Origin: Amphiscolops sp. MND2022
Taxonomy: Eukaryota
Assembly (NCBI GenBank): GCA_964187785.1
Contig: OZ076409.1
Span: 1,674,001-1,738,000 of the forward strand
DNA length: 64,000 bases
Reading direction: 5' to 3'
Each line of letters starts with the position of its first letter. The stretch's first letter is position 1. Position numbers and translations under genes: made by a program. Positions 1 through 13,062 of the stretch are shown in pieces. Below the pieces are notes generated by a model, which was given only the letters and a program-made list of their open reading frames with translations, ran no database searches and had not been told where the DNA came from.

Positions 1-1936
1 CCTTTGACAATTCTCAACGCTGCTTCAAGTTAAGCAATTCTATCTTAAACTTTTGTCAAGCCTGCTTCCTAGCTGAAGCAATCTTATCCTAAGCAATTTT
101 CAACACTATTCTCGAGCCAAAGACAATTTCAAGTCTGCTCTCAAGCTAGAGCAATCATTCTCTTACGTTGGAGTTTCAGTTGACTTTTGACTTCGAACAG
201 AAGCTATTATACCGTCTTTGTTCAACAAAGATTGAATACTCCCTGCTTTATAGTGGACTCTAAACCAAAATCTGGTGGTATTCACTGACTCTAAACTAAA
301 AACCACAGCTTCAGCTGGGTTATAAGAGACTTAAATAACTTAGCCATTGTCTGACTCTTCAAGTCGGACCGTTCTCAACTTGAGACAAAGAGTAGCCGTG
401 TAGCGCTCTATAAAAATAGTACAACGAAGCGTTGTTCTAAACCCAAAGAATAGCAATTCGCTATCTTTCCCAGTCCGTGACAATCGGTGGACTATAAACG
501 CCGTGCAAGCTTTTAGCTGCACTTTAGAAAAGAGGCCTAACCTCTGACTTGATAAAACAAAACATAATAAAAACTTTACGGTTTATTTCCTAGTAACTTA
601 ATCTAATAACCCTTTCCTAGTAACCTAACTTATATTATTTAAAGATTGATATTAAACCAGCATTAGTTGTATTTTGTTTATTTAGCCTAATTTGTTTGTT
701 TTGCTTTTGTATAACTGATATCTATTACAATTTTAGTATAAATAAAGGAAGGTTCAATTCACCTATTTTTGAACCCAAACACTCTTTTCTCCCGGGTCAT
801 AAAAATAAAGTCCTTCCGTTCGAACTCAAACCTGAGATTTCCTTTGTGTAAGTGCTGGAAGGCAATATAGCGAAAATTTTAAGTACGAGAATATTTTCTT
901 TTTTCAGTCAGGAAAATAGAAGAGAAGCGAACTAAGAGTTTATAAAATTGACAATAATTGAGACTTATAATTAGCACCATTCAAGAATTCAAAGAGAAAA
1001 ACTGAAGGAAGAAAAATCACTAATTTTGAACATTCTTAAAAGAGCTTTCGCTAATTGAAAGAAGGATATAGATTCATCAATTTTCCTACCAACTCAACAA
1101 GCACTTCACAGTCTTTTTGTATGCAGTCCGAATCGAAGCTATTGGGGTATTTAGTACTTTCCGGGGCCTAAAATGGAACCCTTTAACTAATGAATCCCTT
1201 CAATGAAAATCTTTAAATCCAAGTCAATGGAGACCCTGAGACCCTTTTCAATAGTATATAGCAGAGTTTTGACACCGCTAATTAGCGAATTAGTGGCCGC
1301 ACAGGAACTTTTTAGCGATTTCATTAGCTATTCGATTTAGCATCGAATTGAAGTGTTTCGCTATGTTTTTGAAGGACTTTCAGTTTCATTTTTTTGAATG
1401 CACCGGAATATCCGGTATAGTTTTTAAAAGTTCCGGTCGGAACCAGAAATCTTTGGTAAACCGGCCGGACATAATATCCGGCACACCCCTAGTTTTCAGA
1501 TAATTTTCTCCGAGAACAAATTCTAGATTGTGAAGCAATCAGACCTATTGCTTATAACATGGTCATCATGTTATCAATGGTTGTTACTCTACTATAAGAG
1601 ATGCGCTGTGTAGGTTCCTTCAATAGGATTTCCTTTAGAAAAAATTACCTCATTGTAAGAATTTATTTTTATAGGTTTTTATAAAGGTTTTTCCATATAA
1701 TCCTATTTAATGGTCACATTTGATCCAATTGACTTAATTTCCAACCACTATCGAAACTCGCATTAATCAGGGATTCAATCAAATTAACCTAACTTTGAAG
1801 TTTAAAGTCCAAGTTCCGTTTCTTTTCTATAACTGAAAAACCCCTTCAAAACTTGAACCCCTTCGAAAATTTGCCTGGGTCTCTTCCAACTTTGCAAACA
1901 TGCCCCGGGTAATTGGGCACTACATTGTTATTACAT

Positions 1937-2270
1937 TTTTCAGTTATTCCACACCATATTAGGGTCGTATATGTACAATAACATCAAAATTGTATTTTTG
2001 GGATCTGAGATACGTAGCCAAAATTACTCCAAAAATGACTGAAAAACGGCCATTTTGATTTTTTTTGATTTTCTCAAACTGTTCATACGATTCCACCGAT
2101 TTTTTCTACAGCCATTCTACACCATATTAGAGTCCTAGATGTGCAATGGCATCAAAATCGTATGACTCGGATCTGAGAAACATAAAATGACCAAATGACA
2201 ATAAAGTAGGCAATTTGTTTTTCAATATTTTAATCCGTTTCCGAATCCTTTACCGCACATGGGCTCTGGT
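1937..2270 (+). mobile_element. HINE/Helentron-type family C, partial copy with ~160-bp internal repeats
   Basis: Shares the cattctacaccatattagggtc...catcaaaatcgtatgactgggatctgagaaa units and the 3' end cctttaccgcacat..gctctggtt with 10788-11867 and 25979-26386. Confidence 0.55.
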
Positions 2271-2364
2271 TTATATCTTCGCCTCTCTGAAGGTTTTACC
2301 CCTTAGAAAGTTTGCCTGGGTCTCTTTGAGCTTTGCAAACGTACGTTAGTAACTAGGCACCTTG

Positions 2365-2655
2365 TTGCACATGACGAAGTCGATGTGCATTGCAGTCCAG
2401 TTAAGTAAGTTTTTTTTCCACTATAGTCAACTTCATAATGAGTGCCTTTTAGATAAAAGCCAAAACCCCAGAGAGATTCGAACCTGCAGCCTCCCGATTG
2501 CGCGGCATAAGTGTTAACCACTGTGCCATAAGGACGTTATTGAACAAAGTTGATTTGTTGAGTATATACGCATGCGATTAAAATAATATATATACGCATA
2601 TTAAAATAATCGATGTCTTCGTCATGTGTTGCGAAGCACCGCTTCGCCTCTGTGT
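2365..2655 (+). mobile_element. HINE-like element family B carrying an antisense tRNA-like segment
   Basis: Subterminal IR CACATGACGAAG/CTTCGTCATGTG, 3' hairpin GCGAAGC-ACC-GCTTCGC, near-identical copy at 6214-6504. Confidence 0.7.
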
Positions 2656-2712
2656 TATAATTTTAAATCGAAATTTATGACGTCAGCCGAGTGTTCGTTT
2701 CAGATATTGAAC

Positions 2713-2763
2713 ATGGCTTGCAACAAACTCAAATCGCTGTGTCGTCCCCGCATCGCTTTCAGT
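2713..2763 (+). CDS. IDH3G: Probable first coding exon of IDH3 gamma-like gene (mitochondrial presequence MACNKLKSLCRPRIAFS)
   Basis: Acceptor tttcag ends at 2703, ATG at 2713, basic peptide with no acidic residues, donor GTTAGT at 2764, phase 0 as the downstream exons require. No homology support. Confidence 0.5.
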
Positions 2764-4234
2764 GTTAGTGTCCATTCGGATAAAAAAGTTCTCCAGTAAA
2801 CTTTTAGATTTAAAAAATGTTTTTGGTAGGCGCTTTTGAAGTGCAAAAAGTGCCCGACTCTTCGTTTTTTATTCAGTCACTCACCATAAAATACCATTTT
2901 GTACGAATTTTGAGTAGAATATTATATTTGAATGGCAGTTCCAAGTGAAGTGGTCCCGCCGCCTTTGGGCACAGTGGCTAACACGGATTTCCTGCACTAA
3001 ACGAAGTTAGAGAAAAGACCAAAGGCTTCCTCTTTGTTTTTTTCTCGGGACTATGTAACTGTTTTTTTTTATTGCAACCCTTCAATTTTTAGCAGAAACA
3101 AAGCGTTGTGCAAGCATAGAGGACGCCCTCAGTTTTTCGGCTATCTGCGACTTCTGGAAGATTTTTTCGAGAAAAATTTTCATTTGGTCAAAGGGTACCC
3201 TTTAAAACCACCGCTTCAAGGTGACCATTGCCTGACCGCTTGGCTTATATCGGGGTGGATAAGGGGGCGGTTTCTAAAGTTAGTCATTTTGGTTAATTGC
3301 GGATTCCCGCGGCCTCTATTCAACGGCATAATGTATATGTACTCTCACGATAGAATTTGATCTCCAAACAAAATTAGGCAAGCTCACCTACATTAGGGGT
3401 GTAATTAACAAGACGCCCGCTGACCAGCGGGATATTTTCCGCCCCAAATCATTTGAGCAACAAAATCGTTTTAAGTCCAAAAATCTTTACAAATACATAT
3501 CGCATGGAACTAAAATTGTCAGTTGAATTCTGTGAATATACTTCATATTACGTAAACAATTCTTGGCAAATTCTTGGGTGAATTCTTGGCAAATTTTGTA
3601 AAAAAAACCCGTTCGATTTAAATATTTTCCTTTCCCATATGAAATATGGGCAGAAAATAATAATTGCAACAATCAATAGTTGATTAATCAATAGATAATT
3701 AATTTTAAGGTTGCATCCTTGCCAAAAGTCTTTCGTCGGACCATATTTTTTACCCCCCTCCCCCTCAAGATGTCGCGGGAGGAAATAAACAAGGGACCAT
3801 AGCATCTATCAAACTGCGGCGGGGGGTTTGGGGGTTTGGTTGGTAAGACAGAAGGTTCAAATACCATTGTCAGTCATTATGTCGACATCGTTTGCGTTCG
3901 TTGGAATTTTGGTCCAAAAAACAATTGATGTCGACATAATCCTATCTTTTACATTGATTCACAGTTCAAGGTTGCTCATTTTGATTTAAGGAGGAGGAAG
4001 TTTGGGGCTCTCCCAATCAAAATAGGGGCTTTCCCATGCAAGTTTACCTTGTTCCCGGGTGAATTTTTGTTTTTGAAAGATAATTATCAAAAAAACTGTG
4101 GATAATTTTTCGCTGCAAGTGTCGAAACAACTCTAGGAACAATCCTTTTAGTATTTACAGTCATCAATTTCTTTCATTCGCCCAAGGTGTTTTTTTTCAA
4201 ATATAAAAGTTGTTTCCGTGTTGGGGGAAATAAG

Positions 4235-4712
4235 AACAAGACGCGAACGTCTAAAGTCGGCGCTATATCTAAGGCTCCAAAAGCGCAAAAGACTTTTTTT
4301 GAAAAAAACTTGAAATTTTTGAAAATGTCGCATAGTGCCGAAAAATGTAAAAGGGGGGACCCTTTGGGCTTTATTAACATATATTCTGTTGCAAAATATC
4401 AAAATCTCGAAAGGAGGACTCTTTTGAGACATTAAAAAATTTTCGAAAAATCGCACAATGCCGAAAAAATTGAAAGGGGGACCCTTTAGTCTCGTCCGGT
4501 TTTGTAGGTTACGTTAAAAAAGTAAAAAATGAAAGGGACCCTTTTGCGCTAATTTCCGCTGTCCGGATTTGGCCTTACGGCCTTAGTAGTTTTAGTAGTC
4601 TCGATTGTAAGAAAAGTGGACCAATCAGAGTGAGATTGTAGTCTGACGAAAAAAAAGAGAAAAAACTAGCCACTGTAATAGTCGGGCTCTTTTCACTAGA
4701 AAAGCGACGACT
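4235..4712 (-). mobile_element. HINE/DINE-1-like Helentron non-autonomous element, family A
   Basis: subTIR AGTCGGCGC-type at both ends, 5' palindrome, TAG-rich microsatellite, 3' stem-loop ending CTTGTT, sits in T-runs. Confidence 0.75.
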
Positions 4713-4899
4713 AAAAATAGTCCATTTCATGTAATAAGGATTTGAGTGAAATGTAACTTTTTGCATGCATGAAAATATGACCCAGCTAAATCTACTACTG
4801 TAATTTCTACCGTCCAATTAATAATTAATTTCTCGGATAATTCAGGAATAGTCTCCATCTGTTATGATCGATATTGACTGTTTGCATTTCTCGTTTCAG

Positions 4900-4944
4900 A
4901 TGAACCAACTGATTCATAGACGCAAGATTCACGACGATTCCATG
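4900..4944 (+). CDS. IDH3G: Candidate 45-bp exon of IDH3G (MNQLIHRRKIHDDSM)
   Basis: Acceptor tctcgtttcag, donor GTGAGA, phase 0/0, RRxIH presequence-like motif. Supported by splice signals only. Confidence 0.45.
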
Positions 4945-6213
4945 GTGAGATTGAATTCCATATTCTTGATTCTTGTTTACTTTCTCTCCTTTGCCGGCCA
5001 ACTTATTCAAGCCACGCTGATGAGCATACAATCATTTGTGTCTCTTTTTTCAATTCAATACCATAGACGCTTGTATGTCTACTCCTAACTCAGCGATGGA
5101 AGAAATTTATGAAGACTTTTAGTCGATTTCATCGCGCATTTCACGAGGCAAAAAGTCAAATTTCACTCTGAAATTCACTGTAACTTTCAAAAACAAGGGA
5201 TTTCACGGACAAAAATCACTTTTTTTAGGTTTTCCACCTTTTACTAAATCGCCGCACTTTTCTCGCAGTCTACGTTTTGAAGTACAGTTTTCAATGATTT
5301 TTCAACATTTGAGTGTTACTCAAAAGCTACGGGTTCCATTGCGTAACAATTTGAGTAAAACGTGGCACGAATAAATTTGTTATTAGCGAATATTTTACTG
5401 AATTATCAAAAAAAAATCTAATTTGTTTTTGATTGTCGATTACACGCAAATGTCACGAATTTATGCGGTCCCAGTTTTCCCGCAAATGTCATGATTTCAC
5501 GCGTCGTGAGTTTCTGCCATCGCTGTCCTAACGCAGTTATGGCTCAATTTTTGAGTTCTGTTTCCCGTTATAATAATAATAAATTTATTTATCCTGATTT
5601 CAATACAAAAAATTCAATTTATATACATATAAACAATAATTTAATTGTGAAATTAGAAAGAGACTTGCAAAGGGCTTGCGCCCGCTCAGTAGAAAGCCTC
5701 GTGGCATCAAAAATACTAAATTAATAATAAACTTAAATAACTTGAGTTGGTGGAAAGTCACGATAAGTAAATGAATCAAACTTCCGTTCAAAGGATACCT
5801 TCATGATAAGAACAATATCATACCGCTTCTGCTGTTGTACAAGAGTTCGAACGTGACACTTAGTTTTTTATGTTGCTGCAAACTTCGAAAAAAAACTTTT
5901 TTCGAGATGGAGACTGAAGTTATGTTAGGATGTCGTTAAGATGGAGTTCTTAGCGCAAAAAAAATCGGAAGTTTTTGTCCTTCCGGGAATTTTCTACAAT
6001 TGCCTTCAAATATAATTGCCTTACCTCTTCACATACACTTCTTCCCTCTACTAATCGCGGAATGTACCTAAGTAACCCTCAGGAAGGGCTACATTTTCGT
6101 AGCCCCAATTTTATTTGTGGGAAGGAAATATAATCTTTCAGCCTGGGAAAGAAAATTCGTTCTCGAAGCCATATATGTATGTAAAGCTGAGAGATTAAAT
6201 TTGCTTTCCCATA

Positions 6214-6504
6214 TTGCACATGACGAAGTCAATGTGCATTGCAGTCCAGCTAAGAAAGTTTTTTTTCCACAATAGTCAACTTCATAATGAGCGCCTTTTA
6301 GAAAAGAGCCAAAACCCCAGAGAGATTCGAACCTGCAGCCTCCCGATTGCACGACATAAAAGTTGACCACTGTGCCATAGGGACGTTATTGAACAAAGTT
6401 GAACTGTTGAATATATACGCATGCGATTAAAATAATATATATACGCATATTAAAATAATCGATGTCTTCGTCATGTGTTGCGAAGCACCGCTTCGCCTCT
6501 GTGT
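6214..6504 (+). mobile_element. HINE-like family B, second copy
   Basis: Near-identical to 2365-2655 with the same ends. Confidence 0.7.
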
Positions 6505-7192
6505 AATAAAATTGGGGCGCAAACGAAAAAAAAATGCAGGGCTATCAGCTTTTAATGATCGAACTTGCTGTAAGCGAATGTTTCTCACATCAAAAATTAA
6601 GTTAGGTATTTTGTCTTCTAGTGTTTTGACCTGAACCCTTAGTATAGTGACGTTTTTGATTTAACATGAAAGGACGGTTGGTCCTTTCAGCTAGCATTGA
6701 TGGTGTTTGTATAAATTGGTTTGCTTTGTCTCATTTTTACGTTTAAATGGTTTTTGTAAGTACACTACCTTTCAGGAATTGTTGATTTATATCGTTTATT
6801 TATATCATTGATTGAAATCATGATATAAATCCTGAAAAATTAAATTAATTTAAAGATTAAAATCAGAAAATTTATTTTTTTTTCAAGTAGGCATGGCTCC
6901 GGGTCAAAAATCTGCCGATGTTTGGGAGAAATGTGAAAGATCGAAGAACCGAAAATGTCACCAAACTTTTATTCTGCCTCAAAGTTTTGAATAAATCAAA
7001 GTTTGAAGAGCTTTGAAATGAATGTACTTCATGTTTTTAAACAATATTTTTTCCCAGAAAAAAATGGAAAAAATCATTAAAATCAACCATAACGTTAAAA
7101 AAAATCGGATTTGTTTGATTTTTTTTAAAAAAAATTGGATTTTAATCCATTCCTGCTACCTTTAGTAATCTTAAAAACTTTTTCTGTTTCAG

Positions 7193-7228
7193 CCCTGGTG
7201 GTATGCTACTGCTGCTCCCGAGACCAGT
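7193..7228 (+). CDS. IDH3G: Candidate 36-bp exon of IDH3G (PWWYATAAPETS)
   Basis: Strong acceptor tttttctgtttcag, consensus donor GTAAGT, phase 0/0, joins in frame to the LPPTVYGG exon. Confidence 0.55.
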
Positions 7229-8368
7229 GTAAGTACAACCACAACACCCCCCGCCCGCCCGAAACCTTTCATGTAACAAAAACAATTATCCTTCCTTCCT
7301 TTTTTGGGCGTAAGGAATTTCTATCAACTGATGGCTAAACGAGTCAAAACTCTCGGACACTTTGAAAGTGAGCATAATCGACGGTTTATCACGGTTACAA
7401 GGACGTTTGCTACTAGGGTCTATTTGATACTAGCCAGTCTCCTACTATTTCTAACAATAGGATAATAAGTCAGCTTTTCTGATTTTGAGTCTGAAAACAC
7501 AAGCAAATTCTCATTTCCCGACCCAATTAACCGGCAATTTTTACAAATTTTGTGCCGAATTCCAGCAAACTTGATTGTTTTCATTAATCAATCTCATTGC
7601 TCTTTCCGCAAGAGCACCCAACTATTGGCAATTACCCTAGTAGCGTTTTGTCTGTAGTAGCAAGTGTCCGGACAAGGTTTTTGAGAAAGCAGTAATTTTT
7701 CATTTGATTGACTTTGAAGAGTATTTGTGACCTGCTCTGAAATTGGTGCTTCGATTTTTTGCACCATGTGCCAAATGAATGGTTGTTAATTTTAGATTCC
7801 TTCCATAGTTAACGAAAAGGTAAGATAGATCTACATATACTACAGACCATGTGCAGCATGCAAATGTACAATCTGTGATTGCGTAATTCTATTTCTGGTC
7901 TTTTGATTTTGTCTGTTCAGACAAATACGCGTCAATTTGTTTTTCTTGCCCAATGTGAACTTTTTCTTGAAAAAAAGTTCAAGATTTCTTTTGGAATTTT
8001 GCAACAAACTACCCGAGACTTTTGTATTATCTGAAATCAATGAGAATGTGACGTGTTTCCCCCGCTTTTTCGTGCAAGAGTTTTTTGTACGTAATTTATA
8101 TGGGTATTTTTAATTTTTTCATGATATGACTTTTTCGCGTATCGAGCGGCTTAGTGATGTATTCGAATTGTTCGCTTACAGCAAATTTCAATGGATCAGA
8201 TGAGTTCTTTTATTGAGCTTGCTCCGTTTTCAAATTTTTTTGTCGTTAGTTACCTGAAATTTTGTAGTTGGCGTATTTTAGAAGCAAATGTGATCTACAG
8301 TGACAAGTTTCATTTCGTCAGACCACAGAATGTATGAGTAGCGTCCACCTTTTCAGCAGCTTGTTTAC

Positions 8369-8434
8369 GCCGCCAGTAGTTAGGATGCGCGCTCCGAAGC
8401 AGACGGTCATCGGTTCGATTCCTACTTAGGACCA
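8369..8434 (+). repeat. tRNA-derived (SINE-head-like) sequence
   Basis: B-box GGTTCGATTCC with a degenerate A-box; no convincing cloverleaf; abuts a HINE-A internal fragment. Confidence 0.4.
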
Positions 8435-9893
8435 AATATCTTTGTTTGCAAATCCTTGACGTGTCCCGTTTTCAAAGGGTCCCATTTGGGCTTTTTCGGC
8501 ACTGTGGGACTTTTTTCCTGAGAAAAAGTTACCTTCACCAAAGAGTCCCTCTTCAGTTTTTCACGTTCAACTTCCAAAAAGACGTTTTTCGAGCCGAGAA
8601 GTTCCTTTTTATGGTTTTTAGTCAGTGTGTATCGTCAGTTTGTTTCTTTTTTCGGAAGTATTTTCATCAATTTGGGCATTTTTATTTCTGCGATAGCAGG
8701 AATAACAGAAATCTGAAAGATGCAAATTTTTTTTGAGACGATTCTTTGTGATTCGAGTACCCACTGATACAAGCTGCCGCCGACATCTAAATTCTCGTGC
8801 GATGAAGCCGAATTCATTGAAATCAAGTGAATGAGTGTTGACTATTCGTTCGCCGAGAGCTTCGCCTGCATTCAAATGCGAATGCGAAACTTCGTCTACG
8901 CTCAGTAGTTATATTTTATTTAGTCCGAGAAGAATCAAAGAATCAAAATTTACTGTGCCCCGCAGGGGCCTTTTTTTAAAATGCTTTCCATTAACCTCGA
9001 CAGTACACCGAGAAGTTGAAAAAGTGACAAAAAGTAGGAAAAATTTTTTCAAAGCCTAATTTCTCGACGAATAATAGCGACAGCTCAAATCGGTTTTCTG
9101 CTCCTGAAAGCCCTTTACCTAAGCTTTCAAATGGACACTCGAACTTTTCGCTGAAGCTTCATTAGCAAAAAAATCTATATGCGGTTTCAATGTTGGCAAA
9201 CTGTGTTACTAGAGTGTGACAGTAACTTAGGAAACAGTTGCTGTGTTATTGAGAAAAAGTTAATTTTCTGAAAAGTATTTTTTTGCAAATTTTCACTTTT
9301 TTCTAGTTACCTTTTTTCCGGTGGTTCCAAAAACAAACTGCATTGACACAAATAACAACTTGCCCCAAGTAGTTCAATAGATTGTTGATTAGAAAAACAA
9401 AATTTCGTTTTCCTATATGCTTTTTGCGTTTCGTAATATTTTATTGATTGTGAAAAAAATCGCTGTCCTCATTTGGGGACAAAAGCACTGTCGAGGTTAA
9501 GAAAAAAACGTTTTCCGAACCATTCTTTTCTACCATTCTGAAAAATATGAAACTCCCAAAAACTACCCTGAGCATTTCAATGAGACTATCCGCTGTTTGA
9601 GCTTTAAGCTTTTTGACGGTCCCATTTTGTTCATGTAATTGCTTCGAAGCCAATTTCTGTATTGTGCAAAACTCAATCATCTATCCATCTATATATACAC
9701 GTTCATGCTTCACGCACGAAATGAAATACTTCCTTCACTTTCAAAAACAACGCCATTGAAGCCAACCGAGTCACTTAAATTCTCTCAAACAATAAGCATC
9801 CCCCATCATGAGTACTGTTTTGATTCGTTCAGCTGGGCTTTTTTCAATCAATTGAAGACAATCTACAATAGTGTAAGAATAAATGAACCTTTA

Positions 9894-10313
9894 CGGCGGC
9901 TATTCACAAGTCCGAAAATAAATTTGGGTTGCACAAGTCCGAAAATAAATTTGGGCTGCACAAGTCCGAAAATGAATATGGGTTGCACAAGTCCGAAAAA
10001 ATGATTCATATTTGTTGTATGGCTCGGTCGCTTCGCTCCCTTCGCCAAGTAGCAACATTGAGGCATGGCCATATGGCACGTCGCTTCGCTCCTGCATTTG
10101 GGGCACTAGGAGTATGTGAACATAGCTGACTAGGGGAAATTGAAAAATTCATTTTAAAAATCTTTGAACGGACTTCGTTCCGGTCCGCCCACCTCAACCA
10201 ATCAGATAGCAGAGAATTATACTGTGCTAAGTATTTCTTATGCTGGATTTCTGAAATCTTATTGGACGTTTAAAAATTTAATTTCATTCTTTCGGACTTG
10301 TGACCCGACACCG
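9894..10313. mobile_element. TA-flanked MITE (Tc1/mariner-like) with a 27-bp tandem subterminal repeat
   Basis: TA|CGG...TCACAAGTCCGAA at left, TTCGGACTTGTGA...CCG|TA at right; about 3.5 copies of cacaagtccgaaaataaatttgggttg at 9905-9998. Confidence 0.7.
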
Positions 10314-10787
10314 TATTTACTACTGTCAGTGAATTGGCATATTGGACATCATTTTGAACAATTTTGTAACATTTGGCACTTAGTTTCGAACTTTTGTTAG
10401 GCAGGTCTAACTTCGTCATTTACTGAAGACATTCAGCTATTTTATATCAAGATAATTGGTATTATATAGTTTTGAAAATGGGTTTTCTAAATATTTCATT
10501 TCATTTACTTAATACGTGGGACATAGCTTTTTTTTCGCAAAGATTGGGGATTATGTTTTCGGTTTTAGATTTTTAACCGATAAAATTAATATTAAGAGAA
10601 TCTGCTAATTAAGGCGATTATACCCAATATCTTAGACATTCAATTTGTCCTTCCAGTCCCTTAATATCATGTGTAAAATAGAGAATGAACGAAATCCCCA
10701 TGTAAAATGCCAGCTCTGTTTACATGCAGTCCAAATCATTTCTTACAAATAAGGGTTCAGTTCTTTTCTTACACTATTGTAAATTTT

Positions 10788-11867
10788 AGGAGTCGGGAAA
10801 AATTTCGACTACTTATGCACTCGAACCTTTTTTCTCGCGACCTTCCAATGAAAGTTTCTCAAAAACTGTCCATACGATTTTTATGAAGTCAGCACAGTCA
10901 TTCTACACCCAAAGTGCTCCTGCGTGCCCAATGACATCAAAATCGTATGACTGGGATCTGAGAAAGAGCCAAAATTAGTCCAATAATGACCAAAACAGTC
11001 ATTTTTGGGCTTCGATTTTTTTTCCAGAAACTGTCCATACCATTCGAACGAAAATTTTTACAGTCATTCTAAACCATACCAGGGTCATATGTGTGCAATC
11101 CATAAAAATAATATGACTGGGATCTGAGAAACAATGCCAAATTAGTCTAAAAGTGACAATTTCGGTGCTTTTTCAAAAAAAAGTTTCCAAAAACTGCCCA
11201 TACAAATTGAACAAATTTATCTAGTCATTTGTTACACCATATTAGGGTCCGCTGCAATGATATCAAAATCTCAGACTGGAATCTAACAAAAATTAGTCCA
11301 AATATGACCAAATGACAATGAAGTACCTATTTTGTTTTTAGTCGGCGCTTTTCTTAAGAAAAGAGCCCGACTATTACAGTCACTCGTTTTTTTTTATTTA
11401 AGACAGACTCGATGCGACGAACGTTAAAATTAACGTTCAACTACTAAATACAGTACTACTAAAATACTGGCAGCGCATTTGAGATAGTGCAAAGGATCCC
11501 TTTTTTCAGTAAGTCCATTTTTATTGTAAGATACAAAACAGGACGAGACTATAGGGTCCCCCCTTTGAGTTTTTTCGGCACTGTGAGACTTTTTTTTCGA
11601 AAATTTTTTTTGTCCCCAAAGGGTCCCCCCTTCGAGTTTTTTGATATTTTGCAACGGAATGTATGTTAATAAATCCAGAAGGGTCCCCCTTTTACATTTT
11701 TCGGCACTATGCGACTTTTTTTGAAAGAGAAAAAATTTTTCAAAAATTTCAATTTTTTTCCAAAAAAATCTTTTGCGCTTTTTGAGCCTTAGATATGGCG
11801 CCGACTTTAGACGTTCCCGTCTTGTTCAATATTTCAATACCTTCGCGACTCCTTTAAGGCTCTGGTT
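10788..11867 (+). mobile_element. HINE family C copy interrupted by a HINE-A insertion
   Basis: subTIR AGGAGTCG/CGACTCCT, three ~160-bp internal units, 3' end resumes after 11826. Confidence 0.65.
11340..11826 (+). mobile_element. HINE family A copy
   Basis: AGTCGGCGCTTTTC-TTAA-GAAAAGAGCCCGACT at the 5' end, GCGCCGACT plus AGACG-TTCC-CGTCT hairpin and TGTT at the 3' end; no TSD. Confidence 0.8.
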
Positions 11868-12383
11868 TCAATTCCACGTTCGGCTTCATTATAGTTCGGA
11901 TAACTCACTTCACCACTTTTGTGTGAGTGTCTTGTCGTTAGTCACTGCTTGAGTTTTAAAAACAGTTTTGCAGAGTTGCTGTTGGTCTGTGAACTCGTTT
12001 CGTAGTTTTCTGATGAAAGTTATACAGTTGTCGAAAGTTTGAGAAGCCTGTGCATGTAAACTTGTTTTCAGTACTCTACAATTGCTATTAAGAGCCATCC
12101 CTTATAGTGCCCGAGTTTTAAATTTGATGACCCACTACGTTTCGCTTTCCGGGATTGAAACGAAAAGTTTGTGCATAATCCATTCCAATTTCGATTTCAT
12201 CGACATTCGTTGGAATTTTGGTGAACATTTTTGATAGATTTGAACCACGAACAGTGGAAATTATGTCGTCAAGCCTGAAATTTTAAATGTCGCCTGTTGG
12301 GAAATACATTTCAAGTCACATTGTCACACAAGTGTTTTGTCACATTATAGTTTCAGACGCTCTTCATTTTGCCCCCCTCTTAA

Positions 12384-12808
12384 CCCTACTTGACCTTGAG
12401 GTTTTCTCAAATTTTTGAAAAATCCGAATAAAAATTTCAAATCATTAATATCTCCACAATTACGCATACCAGAGAGATCAGCTATAGCACGTTCGATTTT
12501 TGGTTAGGTGAGCCCATTTTTCGGAATTTGTCGCTGGTAGTAACAACATAATTTTATTAGGTTTTGTTTTTTCGTTATGGGTCAAGAACTTTTGGAAAAC
12601 TGGATTTGCCAAAAATCAAATTTTGGAAAAGTGTTTTTCTCAGCTCTGGAGAAAATTCACTTTTGTAACGCTTGTGTAGTTCAAACCAATCTCGGTACCA
12701 ATGAATTGTTGAATAAAAACTGTGCTAAAGAATATGGGCTTCAGGCAAAACGGATCTGAAGTTGAAAAAAGGGTAGGCTGCTTTGAAGTACCGCTAGACT
12801 ATTTAGGG
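12384..12808. mobile_element. piggyBac-type MITE
   Basis: TTAA|CCCTA...TAGGG|TTAA; a diverged inverted relative lies at ~14030-14360. Confidence 0.6.
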
Positions 12809-12964
12809 TTAAGGCTTGCCGATTCTCAGTTGAAACGCGCTCAAATTTGACCCGACTCTTGGTAGAAATTGCAGAGTATTGATGGAAACTTCTGTTTGAA
12901 TGGTTGTAGAAATAGTCAAGAAAAATGTATGCATGTTTAAAGTTTGATTTTATTTCTGTTCTAG

Positions 12965-13062
12965 TTGCCACCAACGGTTTACGGAGGCCAGCATTTGGTG
13001 ACAGCCATTCCAGGGGATGGAATTGGACCAGAGATGTTGGAACACGTCAAAGCTCTTTTCAA
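12965..13062 (+). CDS. IDH3G: IDH3 gamma-like exon ([33 protein letters not shown])
   Basis: YGG...IPGDGIGPE signature of NAD-IDH subunits; acceptor ttctag, donor GTGAGT, ends phase 2. Confidence 0.93.

Noticed and set aside
1..729. LTR 3' end at the window start
   Set aside because: It ends in ...TTACA and looks LTR-like, but no partner, PBS or TSD can be verified.
5491..5724. ORF MISRVV... as the IDH3G first exon
   Set aside because: A donor exists after MISRV, but the 2713, 4900 and 7193 exons give a more coherent presequence. It is not excluded as an alternative start.
7340..8050. Possible decayed coding sequence
   Set aside because: No motif could be assigned in any frame.
8369..8434. 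Functional tRNA gene (also 23932-23998, 36688-36773 and the LTR copies)
   Set aside because: A and B boxes are present, but acceptor and anticodon stems do not pair convincingly.
9905..9998. CRISPR-like array
   Set aside because: Contiguous 27-bp tandem units with no unique spacers, inside a MITE in eukaryotic DNA.
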